Assembly: GCF_003918875.1 (NCBI RefSeq) | Contig: NW_025766625.1 | Location: 868,001-932,000, forward strand | Origin: Haliotis rubra | Lineage: Eukaryota | Direction of reading: 5' to 3' | DNA: 64,000 nucleotides | Part shown: positions 38,280 through 50,872 of the stretch, piece after piece | Numbering within the stretch: the stretch's first letter is position 1 | Layout of the letters: each line of letters opens with the position of its first letter | The notes under the pieces: model-generated | Told to the model about the DNA's origin: nothing | The model's input: the letters and a program-made list of their open reading frames with translations, nothing else | Database searches by the model: none | Made by a program: the position numbers and the translations under genes

Positions 38280-38560
38280 CAGGTAATCCCCACTGAGTAA
38301 ACACTTCACTATTGTACAGTAGAGGGCGGAATACGAACACAGTACCTGTTTGAAAACTAGTCGCTTTATTGAACAGTTTGATGAAACGCCATCATTTGGA
38401 AGCATCGATAGATTCATCAGCGGATGTTTGAGACGGGCGTTCTTCGTGACGCAACGCGCCGGCTGGACATTGCTGGGCGGCCAATAAGCTGTCTGTGAGT
38501 GGGAAGTGTGGGCTGGCCTAGTCTTAAAGGAAGGCACTCCAGCTTCCGAGAGTTGTGCTA
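38280..38560 (+). promoter_or_regulatory. Candidate Pol II promoter
   Basis: GC/CpG-enriched island with GGGCGG at 38324-38329 and 38475-38480, CRE-like TGACGCA at 38447-38453, CCAAT at 38481-38485 and TATA-like CTTAAA at 38523-38528. It lies upstream of a signal-peptide exon. Confidence 0.55.
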
Positions 38561-38832
38561 AGCCTATGCTGTGTTATGGACTTGCTCGCCCGCTCTTAAC
38601 ACTGCATCAATACTATCGCACAGACCGGGGGCGGCCGTGTTAAACAACCCAGCTTGGGTGCCTTGCTCAGTGACGGAACGATAAGGCTTGAACGAACCTT
38701 GTAAGAGCTGGGCTGGCACAATTTATGAAATAAAGTCGGAAAAAAATTAAAGACGTATTAGGCAGTTCTGTGATAGCGAACAAGGAGTTTAAGTGAAAAG
38801 ACAGTAAAGATCAAAGAAACTTGATTACAGGT

Positions 38833-38908
38833 ATGGATTCCCAACATTCGTGGTGCATCTCCTTCACAGCATTGATCTACCTGGCGCTCCTTCTTCAACC
38901 TGCAACAG
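38833..38908 (+). CDS. Probable first coding exon (signal peptide) of a secreted or membrane protein; downstream exons not identified
   Basis: ATG at 38833 gives MDSQHSWCISFTALIYLALLLQPAT plus 1 nt, followed by the strong donor CAG|GTAAGA (phase 1). It has a hydrophobic h-region and a P-A-T c-region, and promoter motifs lie upstream. Confidence 0.65.
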
Positions 38909-41119
38909 GTAAGAATTGTATTCTTGTAACTGGAAAGTAGCTTGATACCTGACTCTGTTAAATCTTTGGATACACGTTATTGCAAAGCATAAAGATATGA
39001 ACGTGTGTTTACCGACATAGGTTTAAGACATATATGAATCCTCTTCTTGTAAGACTTGGTACATGTATTACAGGAATAAACTTTGATCGGCAATGCAAGG
39101 AATGTTTGCCTGTAATTGAACGTAAGAGTTTCATTTAGAAACAAAATATCGCTTGAAAAACTGATACACGTGTATGTTTACAAAATGGGCTGAATATTCA
39201 AAGTGAGCACATTATCACGCCGGGACATTGATCAGCCCCAAGGTATATTCCCTGTTTTACTTTATGACAAGATTCCAATTGTCAAGGAGTGTGCTAAATA
39301 CCCCCTAGCCGTAGTTGTCACATCACCTTGCGGGATATTGTGCTGATGGTGTTTCCAGATTGGTTCCCTGTAAAGGCCCCGACTGAAAACATTCAACCAA
39401 TGCAAATTACCTTGGGAAAATGAGTATTTCTTTTTATTGATTAGTTTCTAAGTAAGCTAAACGGAATAGATAAAGCAGTATATGAAAAAATATTCCGATA
39501 TATTGTCACAGTTATATAAAGTTGTCGTAACTCCCCGTCAGTAGCAAACTTAACGAAGAATCTTGAAAAACCTATGAGTGTCCGCTGAATCATGATGCCA
39601 AGCACGTCTTCAGCGACGTGACAATTGACAGGTTCACCAAACTCACGCTTTTCCACATGTATTTCAACTAACTGATCTCTGGAGTGAGGAAGACGTGTTT
39701 CAAAGACGTTACAGTAACCATTATCACTATCAGATTTCACAGTATCCAAGATACACACGGGATGGCCTTAGTAGAAGTTAATAATTACAAATCTATATAG
39801 CACGTACAGGTATGCTAATCTATGTATAAACAAAGCATGATAGCAATGATTGGATGTGTAGCGAAATAAACTAAAATAAAGAACATTTGGACCGTGATGT
39901 TAAAATACTACGTATATTCTTGATAAAACCGTGTGACAAGAAAGGGGACTCTTTTAACATGTAAAGGTGAAAAAGGTCACATCCAAACTAATTTTGTGGT
40001 CAAGTGATGATAGCAGGATCCGGTACGTTAGTAAATAATATGCATCGAATCGTATTTACATTGAAAACTTCTGAAACCGTTTCTATGAACATGTGCACCA
40101 TTTTGGGGTGAAATATGATAACGCGTTCGGGATAAAGTTTAGAAAAAAATATGTTTGATTTTACAATCTGCTAATAAAAATTAATTTTGGATTAAGTTGA
40201 TCTGCTATTGCCGCTGATATTGCTGGTCTAGTGAGATTTGAACTTTCACGAACGTATTTCACTACGACCAGAATCCATGCACAGCATTCGTATCATGGTT
40301 TCAAAGATACGTGTGTATTTCGTGTCAGCAAAATTCCAGTGGTACTATAGCAATATAGCTTCAATTAAACCGTTAGTAAACTAGCCTGAGGTTTTGTTTA
40401 ATGAAACATTAGAAAGCACCATTTAATTGGATAGGCAGATTATTGCCTAATGCTGGTGTTATTCTAAAACATCATTATGAAATCAACTGAAATCATAAAC
40501 ACGGATGAAGAAATGCTCTTGGGTTTCCACGATGTAGTTTAAAATGACAGATTTGTTTATTCATTTGTCAGGTAGTCTAAGGAGGGAATTGACTTGTGGA
40601 TTTTATAATAACTAAAGGATCACACTTTCAATTTGCGGTATAACACGTTCACGAATATCACGAAGTTCTCTTTCTCTCGCTTTCCCATATACCCTCAAAT
40701 CCGTTAGCAGGACGTTTGATGCAGAATGAATGATTCCAAAAATATATGCATACTCGAAATATCTATTTATCATATAACGTCAACGTCATAAATTAACCAG
40801 TCTCACTTTTTCGCTTGAACAGATGTCTTTGAAAGTAAAAAGCAAAACAGGGCTCAAATAAACATGAAAAGATAATTGCAAATCAATTATTTCAGATGGG
40901 TAAACAGACAGATGAACACACCGACACACAAACACATCTAAAAAATGATTAAATGAAATTTACAACTCTGTCTAGTTATACGTCATCACGACGATTAATG
41001 GCATGGATCGAGAAGTACGTTACTTGACGGGATACAGTAATGACATATACGTCATATCGAACATAAGTGATGACATGAAGGCCTCTTCATGGTAAGATGG
41101 AAAATGTTTTCATGACGAC

Positions 41120-41353
41120 ATGTATTGACAACATGTGACGACTTCATGACGAGTTAGGGTAATGACATGTCTACCGGCCGTCAGGACACGTTCCGCATGT
41201 ATTGACAACATGTGACGACTTCATGCCGAGTTAGGGTAATGACATGTCTACCGGCCGTCAGGACACGTTCCGCATGTATTGACAATATATGACGACTTCA
41301 TGACGAGTTAGGGTAATGACATGTCTACCGGCCGTCAGGACACGTTCCGCATG
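41120..41353. repeat. 77-bp tandem repeat, 3 copies
   Basis: ATGTATTGACAACATGTGACGACTTCATG...GGACACGTTCCGC starts at 41120, 41197 and 41274. Confidence 0.95.
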
Positions 41354-41829
41354 CAGCGTAACAGAGACAGACACGGTATGTTCAAATCCTCTGAGGTTTA
41401 ATAAGATACTTTCTGACCACATGTGTCATTGCAGAGACGTAACCAGCATGATAACGTCCTTGTCAACGGCTTTATATCCTACTAATGGCCATTTGGCCAT
41501 TCCGGTGTCTCAGCAGGACATGCCCCAGACAGCAATGGTCGCCCACTTGGGGAACATCTCGCACACTCTTCATATCTAAGTGCTATTTTAAATATATCTC
41601 ATTTCACACATGTGTTACACGTCATCGTGAATTGCGACGTTAAGCGTGTCCGATTTTAAGTAATACAGCGGGGCACCTATTTACCAACCATGGACAAAGA
41701 CACAGACCCAGGTTGTGCTTTGTGTCATTTTTGTCTGACGTTAACTGACATTATTATGAAGATATGTTTTTGTGAAATCTGATCAGATCATGTCATAATA
41801 GTCACGGTCATATCCTTAAGTTTGTGTTT

Positions 41830-42079
41830 GAGTGAGTGAGTGAGTGAGTGAGTTTAGTTTTACGCCGCACTCAGCAATATTCCAGCTATATGGTGGCGGT
41901 CTGTAAATAATCGAGTCTGGACCAGACAACCCAGGGATCAACAGCATGAACATCGAACATTAGGATACGATGACACGTGTCAATCCAGTCAGCGAGCCTG
42001 ACCACCCAATCCCGTTAGTCGCCTCTTACGACAAGCATGGGTTATTGAAGATCAATTCTAACCTGGACCTTCACGGGTC
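41830..42079 (-). mobile_element. SINE-like family B, full-length copy with TSD
   Basis: Reverse complement of family B; TSD TGTGTTTGA; (GAGT)n tail. Confidence 0.9.
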
Positions 42080-42884
42080 ATGTGTTTGAAGGAGAAGCTA
42101 ATCTGTTTCAGTTAACACACCATTAGGCAGTATCCCTTTAAGACCTCGAACAACTTTACTAAAATGAAACTGTAACAGTATTAAACGGTATGGCGAGATT
42201 CCAGCCTCATTGTGGGCACTCCTCCTTCAAGCGTATGTATGTGTAGTTCCACAGGGGAGACATTCACACGCAGCCGAGACCATGCCTGTTTAACAAACAC
42301 GAGAACAAGGCCTGCTAATCTATTATGCAGGCTAACATTTCACAGCTTGTTGAGCACAAGCATGGAAACTCTAGTATGAGAGTTGCTGACACACTGATTG
42401 AATTTATGATTGGCTTTCATCACTCCAGTATTGTTCTTCCATGGTATAACTCCATTCAACCAAGAAGTCTTTTCTTTTCCACGCCTATCAATGTATTTCT
42501 ATATTTAAAACAGAATAATGACAATCAATAGTCAATTTCCAGTTTGAATACAACCCCTCCCCATTAGCTTGAGCCCATCCCGTTTGTCAAATACATGTAA
42601 CCGTTCCAGACCCGACCCAGCGGGGGGATTGGGTGCAAGGGGCGCCAGTACTAGAGGTCATCAGATAGGGCACAGGTCCAGTTGATTGCAACAGTCAATT
42701 GAGTCTGCTGTCGTGGGCGATAAGTTTACATAGTGACATTGCAAAGTCAAATTCATTTTCAACATTTCAAATCTCCAGACAATAAGCTTGAATCTTATGT
42801 TGTACTTATTTGAATCCTTTTAGCCTTTAACTTACTCTCCTTTCAAACATCCTGTCGTTGTTTATCAATACGTCGGTAAGGTTT

Positions 42885-44870
42885 CATCTTCTGACTACCC
42901 ATGCATCGTCACGTCTCATCTACTGACTACCGTACGTCGTCAGTATCATCATCTACTGACTATCGTACGTCGTCAGTATCATCATCTACTGACTACCGTA
43001 CTTCGTCAGTATCATCATCTACTGACTATCGTACGTCGTCAGTATCATCATCTACTGACTACCGTACGTCGTCAGTATCATCATCTACTGACTACCGTAC
43101 GTCGTCAGTATCATCATTTACTGACTATCGTACGTCGTCAGTATCATCATTTACTGACTACCGTACGTCGTCAGTATCATCATCTACTGACTACCCTACG
43201 TCGTCAGTATCATCATCTACTGACTACCCTACGTCGTGCGTGTCTTTATCTACCGTACGTCGTCCGTATCATCATCTGCTGACTACCCTACGTCGTCAGT
43301 ATCATCATCTACTGACTACCCTACGTCTTGCGTGTCTTTATCTACCGTACGTCGTCAGTATCATCATCTACTGACTACCGTACGTCGTCAGTATCATCAT
43401 CTACTGACTACCTTACGTCGTCAGTATCATCATCTACTGACTACCGTACGTCGTCAGTATCATCATCTACTGACTACCGTACGTCGTCAGTATCATCATC
43501 TACTGACTACCGTACGTCGTCAGTATCATCATCTACTGACTACCGTACGTCGTCAGTATCATCATCTACTGACTATCGTACGTCGTCCGTGTCTTTATCT
43601 ACCGTCTTTATCTACCGTCTTTATCTACCTTATGTCGTCCGTATCATCATCTACTGACTACCCTACGTCGTCAGTATCATCATCTACTGACTACCCTACG
43701 TCGTCCGTGTCTTTATCTACCGTACGTCGTCAGTATCATCATCTACTGACTACCGTACGTCGTCAGTATCATCATCTACTGACTACCGTCGTCTACCGTA
43801 CGTCGTCAGTATCATCATCTACTGACTACCGTACGTCGTCAGTATCATCATCTACTGACTACCCGTACGTCGTGACACCGTACGTCGTCAGTATCATCAT
43901 CTACTGACTATCGTACGTCGTCCGTGTCTTTATCTACCGTGTCTTTATCTACCTTATGTCGTCCGTATCATCATCTACTGACTACCCTACGTCGTCAGTA
44001 TCATCATCTACTGACTACCCTACGTCGTCCGTGTCTTTATCTACCGTACGTCGTCAGTATCATCATCTACTGACTAGCGTACGTCGTCAGTATCATCATC
44101 TACTGACTACCTTACGTCGTCAGTATCATCATCTACTGACTACCGTACGTCGTCAGTATCATCATCTACTGACTACCGTACGTCGTCAGTATCATCATCT
44201 ACTGACTACCGTACGTCGTCAGTATCATCATCTACTGACTATCGTACGTCGTCCGTATCATCATCTACTGACTATCGTACGTCGTCCGTGTCTTTATCTA
44301 CCGCACGTCGTCCGTATCATCATCTGCTGACTATCCGTAAGTGGTCCGAGTCATTATCACTCATATATTGCCACGTCATTATGTGCTTACTGTCACTGTC
44401 ATCTACTGAATAGCCGTACGTCATCATTGTCATCGTCTATTGAGTAGCTGTACGTCGTGACGTAATCATCTACTGATTACCCTTACGTCTTCACGTAACC
44501 ATCTACTGACTACCCGTACGTCTTCACGTAATCATCTACTGACTACCCGTACGTCTTCACGTGACCATCTACTGACTACCCGTACGTCTTCACGTAACCA
44601 TCTACTGACTACCCGTACATCTTCACGTAATCATCTTCTGACTACCCGTACGTCTTCACGTGACCATCTACTGACTACCCGTACGTCTTCACGTAACCAT
44701 CTACTGACTACCCGTACGTCTTCACGTAACCATCTACTGACTACCCGTACGTCTTCACGTGACCATCTACTGACTACCCGTACGTCTTCACGTAACCATC
44801 TACTGACTACCCGTACGTCTTCACATAATCATCTACTGACTACCCATACGTCGTTACGACATTATGTATT
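42885..44870. repeat. CpG-rich 33-bp minisatellite, two related sub-arrays
   Basis: CATCATCTACTGACTACCGTACGTCGTCAGTAT at ~42915-44335, with shorter GTGTCTTTATCTACC variant units; CATCTACTGACTACCCGTACGTCTTCACGTAAC at ~44465-44855. Confidence 0.97.
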
Positions 44871-45499
44871 GAGTACTCGAATATCGTCACATCAGTATCT
44901 ACTAACTGCCACTGCGTCGTAATGTTAGCGTCTACTGACTGTTCGTACACCTTCAGGTCATTATTCACGGAATATCCGTACGACGTTCTTACAACCAGCC
45001 TGATAACAGATCATCATCACATCAGTCCTAATAAAGCGTTAACAATGAAAAATGCTTCAGTCTATACCTTGAAGATAACTTCGTAAAACCGACTCAAATA
45101 CAGTCCCTTCATTGCATTTTAGATAATCAATATTAACAGTTCGATGGGAGGTAATCAACTGTGTTTTGCTATAATCAATCACAGGCGCAATGATGTAAGA
45201 TTAGATATGTCAACAGATCTGCCTTGTGACAAGATGACAAGGTCTCCAGACCGTACGAGGTTGCCTAAGAGATTAGCGGCCTTTACGTGAGATTACTGAC
45301 ACAGTCAAATCCCGGTTGCATGCCTGTCTGATGAAATGTCAGCATCACGAGGTGGGCAATACTCTCTCAGAAGATTAAATACCATTTTGAGGACATGTGA
45401 AACGCATTACCACGTTCCTTATTCCATTTCATTTTGCGCAAAGCCTGCTATGAGCCCATGACTGGCAGACCTGAAGAAATACGTGGACTAAATACGTAA

Positions 45500-45662
45500 C
45501 GGGCGACGGGGTAGCCAAGTAGTTAAAGCGTTCGCTCGTCACGCCGAAGACCTGGGTTCGACTCCACACATAGGTACAATGTGTGAAACCCATTTCAGGT
45601 GTCCCCCGCCGTGATATTGATGGAATATTGCTAAAAGCGGCGTAAAACTAAACTCACTCACT
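45500..45662 (+). mobile_element. SINE family A, full-length, 12-bp TSD
   Basis: TSD CTAAATACGTAA at 45488-45499 and 45663-45674; A and B boxes present. Confidence 0.93.
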
Positions 45663-45863
45663 CTAAATACGTAATAATGGCATCTCTTTCTGCGTACATC
45701 AGCAATACATTACTTTGACTGAACCTGCCGCGCAACTATACAACGTTAAAGAATATCCGTCCTTAACTATCACAGAACAGATAACAATTGGTGTAAAGAA
45801 CAAAATAGCTGTGATCATTGTTTTAACAGACCCTGAAAATCAGTGACGACATCAGATGTTCGC

Positions 45864-46019
45864 GGGATGTTGTGGTAGCAAAGGTTTAAAGCATTCGCTC
45901 GTCACGCGAATTCGATTCTCCACATGGGTACAATGTGTGAAGCCCATCTCTGGTGTCCCCCGAGGGTGATATTGCTGGAATATTGAAAAGCGGCGTAAAA
46001 CCCAACTCACTCACTCACC
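45864..46019 (+). mobile_element. SINE family A copy
   Basis: Family A homology; imperfect TSD CAGAT(G/A)TTCGCG. Confidence 0.88.
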
Positions 46020-46138
46020 CAGATATTCGCGAAAAGGGCAAGTAAACCTGCCCTACCGGTAGCAGTCGCCCTTCACACAATTTGCCTATAAACGTAAGTA
46101 TTTACAAACAACGCCACTCAGTACTCCTGCCATGCACA

Positions 46139-46286
46139 AGTAGCAGGGCGTGGAGTTATCCCACAGATGACATGCTTACTGACGGGGTTAACCTCTTTGG
46201 CCATGTGGACAAGGCTTCTGACTTCGGATCAGAAGGTCCGTGGTTCGAATCCCAGCACGGGACTCGGAAATTTTATGGCCGCTACA
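46139..46286 (+). mobile_element. Second copy of the tRNA-Arg(TCG)-carrying TG...CA element
   Basis: (A)GTAGCAG...CCGCTACA termini; internal TGGCCATGTGGACAAGGCTTCTGACTTCGGATCAGAAGGTCCGTGGTTCGAATCCC; colinear with 25393-25553 except for a 13-bp indel. Confidence 0.75.
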
Positions 46287-47863
46287 CAAAGGTGGCCTGT
46301 AAACAAACCACAAACGTGATGGACAAGCGTTTAATGATGGATTTCAACAGCAAACAATTAATTGAGAAAATAGTGTACAATGTCCCACACAGCGTCTACA
46401 CCTAAGCCGTTTTTTGAAATCACCCTTGACACGCCCATGTCAACTGTGCTGTTTCCAAGAGGGTTACCAAGGTAACTGACAAGAATGAGTGTTAGTTAGA
46501 AATGACGATCTTTCAACGAATATGAGGTCTTGCCTACTCTGGTGAATGTAGGTACAGATATGTCAAGTGCGAGGTCTCGTCTACTTGACTCGCTTGATCA
46601 ATGATAATTGAAATTCTGCAACATATTAGAAATGTTTCGGACAGTATGCAGAGTTTTATAACCATGTTCAAAGAAAAAATACCTTAACACAATGGACTTT
46701 GTCATTCTGTATAGCTTTTCATGTACGTTTTCTTCACCCGCAGGCGATTCAATGTTATACCCAAGTCGGTACGATGAAGTATAGATATCTTGATTGTCAA
46801 TGAACATGCCCATGTATGTAGACATAACACGTATTCTTGTATTTTTTCCTTACTTCCGTGCCTTGTTAAAACCTTCTTTGAATTCATTTGTCTCAGGAAG
46901 TAATAAAATCATTGTATGTACAACGTGAGATGGTCGTTTCATTAATATATGATGTTTATTTGAAAGACCCACATTCCTGCCTAACAATTCCTTCCTCCAT
47001 CTATAGTTGCGATGTCATGATGGCAGGTACTTGATGTAGCACTTACAATTAAATTTTCATAAGTTGCCCTCCTATGAATATACAAAACAGCCCACAGCAT
47101 TGCCTCTTTTTACAGCGAGATTAGCTATCAGAATGGAACAATGGACATTCGAGCAGCAAATCAAAGTCGCTTAACCTTATCTGTCGAAAAGCTGCTACAA
47201 CGCATGGCATTATAACGAGGTTCTTCCTCGGTCTCACATTGACTCATTACACAATTCCAGGGTTTCAAATTAAATTTAAGCTTCAGCGCACAAACTGCAA
47301 ACGTATCACATGATAACATATTTGGCGAAATCTTGGGGGAGAGATTTGTCTCCCTTTATTTCTTCCCTTGCATAAAACTAAGCTGTCAGCAGCCTGATAT
47401 CGGATGAAATGCTCAAATTTGAGAGGTTATAACCCTTTATGTTGGGTGATCATCAGAAGTAAAGGTTTTCATTTTTTGTCAGTGAGGCGTTTCTGGCTTT
47501 CATTTTATCTTTCGCGTTTTTATCGATCAAATCTATCCGAAATTATAACCAGTCAACCAACGGGGAGGCTGTTTGATGAAAGAAGAGAACATTTGTCATA
47601 ATGAACAGCCCTTTCCGTCCCTACCATTTTGTCCATCTACACATTTCTCATTAGCGGGTGCGTGTGATTGTTCATTAAGCTCTTCAAGTAGGCATTTGTT
47701 TCATTGGGATGTTTTATTACCCCACAATTAACACTTCTTTTTGTTGTTGTAAGAATAGATTACAACTGTGTCATGAGCATGTGTTAATGAATCACTATCA
47801 GATAGTGATAATGATACGAGTTCGCGAAAAGGTGAGCATATCCTGACACACCTGTGTCACATG

Positions 47864-48020
47864 AGGGCGGTGAGGTAGCCTAGATGGTAAAGCGTTCGCT
47901 TGTCACGCCCGTGTTCGATTCCCCACATGGGTAAAGTGAGTGAAGCCCATTTGTTATATTGGTGGACTATTGCTAAAACCATACTCACTCACTCACTTTC
48001 ACTCACTTACTCACTCACTC
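47864..48020 (+). mobile_element. SINE family A copy (deleted/diverged)
   Basis: GGGCGGTGAGGTAGCCTAG...GTTCGATTCCCC...(CTCA)n tail. Confidence 0.8.
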
Positions 48021-48828
48021 GTCACAAACACAAACGCAAATACAAATCGGTTGTTTACCTAAAAAGCAAACAACACCTAGTACAGTTAACTAAATGGGAT
48101 AAAGGAACGTCCTTCACGAAACAGTTTGATAATCATGCGAATAGGTATGAACAAAACAAGAGCATCCCAGAAACAATGTCTTTTTTTGAGCGAATAATTA
48201 AGATCCTGAGTAAATTTAAAACTTAGCAAAAAGCCAAGTCCAAGCAGCATCACTAGCGATAGTGTTTATTACCTATCGATAAACCAACGGCTCGCGACAC
48301 TGATGGAAACTGGACAAAATACATCCGGCTGCAGATTTCCAATCTACCCTCAATAGGTATGTAAGTATCGAGATACAATAAATATTTCGCTTACACTGTA
48401 GATACGGGGTTTGCCTGCATGCTGTCCTCATATCTCCCAGACAGAAACCATGATCGTATTTATCTGTCTTTAGACATGATAACTATAATTATAATGCTGT
48501 TATTAGTTAGTCAAATGTCAGCTGTTTATTGTCTCTGACAACGGTCATCTAATTTGTTCAAACCAATGCTATGAGATCCAATAGTGCTATGAGATCTCCA
48601 ATCGTCTATATTGCTATATTTTCACATATTCATTCATGAGATCTATTAGTTAAACTAGGTGGGTGCTATAATGTTCACATATATATATATTAATAATAGT
48701 CACTAATAGGTGAAGCATGAAATCATTGTAGTTATCAACAGTTAAAGTACATGGTTGATTCTTAGTTACGAAAGGCATTGGGTGCGAAAGATGATGGCTT
48801 GTGAACCATCAATGACATCGTCGCCACC

Positions 48829-48968
48829 GGGGGGCGGTGGGGGTAGCCCTGTGGTTAAAACGTTCGCTCGTCACGCTTAAGGCTTTTGTTAAACAATTCT
48901 GGTGTTCCCTGTCGTGATGTTGCTGGAATATCGCTAAATAGCTGTGTAAAACCTAACTCACTCACTCG
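48829..48968 (+). mobile_element. SINE family A copy (internally deleted)
   Basis: Family A head and tail are present; B-box region is missing. Confidence 0.8.
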
Positions 48969-49059
48969 TCGCCAGCGGTTAAAGTCAAACCACGAAAAGT
49001 CAGATGTACTGTCCTGCCAGTGTTTTCTACAGTTGTTGATGTGTCGTTTTCCGTCAGAC

Positions 49060-49192
49060 TTCGCAATACTCCGGCTATATGACTCCAGTCTGTAAATAAT
49101 CGACCCAAGACAAGACATTCCAGTGACTGACATCATGAGCACCGATCTATTGGAAATGGACCAAGCCATCGGTCCTGATCATCCGATCCCAT
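49060..49192 (-). mobile_element. Old diverged family B fragment
   Basis: GCAATACTCCGGCTATATG...TCTGTAAATAATCGA...CCAGTGA...CATGAGCACCGATCTA...CCGATCCC. Confidence 0.6.
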
Positions 49193-49204
49193 AAGTCCCA
49201 TAAG

Positions 49205-49233
49205 GTGTGTGTGCATACGGGCATGTGTGTGTG

Positions 49234-49277
<44 letters not shown>

Positions 49278-49500
49278 TATGTGTGTGTGTGTGTGTGTGT
49301 GTGTCTGGTAGCTTGTGTGTGTATATGTGGTTGTTTTTGTGTATGTGTGGTTGGTTTTGAGTGTTTGTGTGTGTGGGCCTGTCTGTGTCTGTTTGGTTGG
49401 CTGTGTCTGTTTGGTTGGTTGGTTGTGTGTGTTGTTGGTCGGTTTTGTGTGTGTGTGAGGTTGGTTGTTTTTTGTGTGTATGTATATGTGTGTGCGTTTC
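49205..49500. repeat. (GT)n/(GCGT)n microsatellite and GT-rich low-complexity tract
   Basis: Direct reading of the sequence. Confidence 0.95.
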
Positions 49501-50633
49501 CATGGCTTCATAAACATTGCTCATTATGATACACTATGTTGTTCGCTGTCAAAGTAACATCCCTTCATGATAAACGTCCTTCTGGAAATCGTTCTCTTAT
49601 CAGTAGTCATGAGAGCTTCTGGTCATTTCCTATTATGCACCTCTTTGCTCATCAGAAAATAACTCAACAGACCGTCTCGATTAGCTAGTAACTAGAACAG
49701 GGACATTATTCGTTACATTTATACCATAAACTGCATTGACGTCTGGCTCATCATTACTACGAGCTCAGAATGACGCTCCAGTTTGCAAAGTAATTACGAG
49801 ACTTTGGGCATAAAGCTGTAATCTCTGTCCATGTAAATACACATCTCCTGTTTTATAATAAGTTGGATTCACAGTCAAAAAAAATCTGATCATGAGGGAC
49901 TGGTCATTTATATTTGGAGGTGGTGGATTGGAAGGGTGGGGGAGCAGTGAGATGACGGGGGTCATGCAAAAATGCCTCAGCGAAAGAGAAGGGGATGTAA
50001 GAAAACTAATCACAACTATGAGGTAGGGTTCGGGATGGATGAACAATGGTCAGTCCTCTTTGTATATTTTCAAGAGTTTGAGCACTTTTGGAACTGGTAA
50101 TTTAGTATAAAGACGCCGGAGACATGTTCCATGAAGGGGAGATGGGGTGGGCAAAATATGGTACAGGTACTCTGAAAACAGATCATCAGGAACAGAAACG
50201 AAATGTGCCAAATATTCCCGACGTTCTCACATTCGTGGTCTTGACAGTAACAAGGCATAGAGGGGCGTATTTTCACCGATATCTTGGTTTTACGCCAAAT
50301 GAAATTTGTTTTGTAGCGTAAACGAAACTGGTTATTCTCTGGTGTTGACTCTTCATGTGACAATTAAGTCTACGTTGTACATTTTCGCTGTCACAGTTTA
50401 GGAATAACACGTGTAAATTGAAGTCCTGATTGACATGTATTCCCGGCCTTGACTTAACAGGTTTTTAAACGTCCTCGAACATCAACACATATTCACACTG
50501 GGAACAACAGCCGGGAGACAGGGGATTAGATGAACGAGAATTGGTTTTCAGTGATGTTTTGTACTTTTTGTAGGCCAGTGGTCATAAGAAACGTTGACGA
50601 AAAGCAGTGTCCATGGTACGATTCCGATTAAAC

Positions 50634-50872
50634 CATGCATTGAATAAAATCCTGAGCATACATGCATTGGATAAAACCCGGACCATACATGCATTGAATA
50701 AGCCCCTGAACATACATGCATTGGAAAAACCCTGAGCATGCATTGAATAATATCCTGAGCATACATGCACTGGATAAAACCCTGAGCATGCATTGAATAA
50801 AACCATGAGCATACATGCACTGGATAAAACCCTGAGCATGCATTGAATAACACCCCGATCATGCATTGAATA
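50634..50872. repeat. Minisatellite of 23-27-bp units
   Basis: CATGCATTG(A/G)ATAAAACCCTGAG(CATA) repeated about 9 times. Confidence 0.9.

Noticed and set aside
39960-40160. Possible Kolobok/MITE-like remnants (also ~13530-13680 and ~51460-51620)
   Set aside because: Only a vague resemblance; no paired termini or second copy could be shown within the window.
42901-44330. Long Ser/Thr-rich ORFs as a mucin or shell-matrix exon of the signal-peptide gene
   Set aside because: The ORFs arise from a 33-bp repeat. Recurrent shorter variant units shift the frame, and no good in-frame acceptor is visible upstream.
46190-46264. Functional tRNA-Arg(TCG) gene
   Set aside because: The acceptor stem does not pair, no oligo-T terminator follows immediately, and the sequence is embedded in a dispersed repeat with a diverged second copy.
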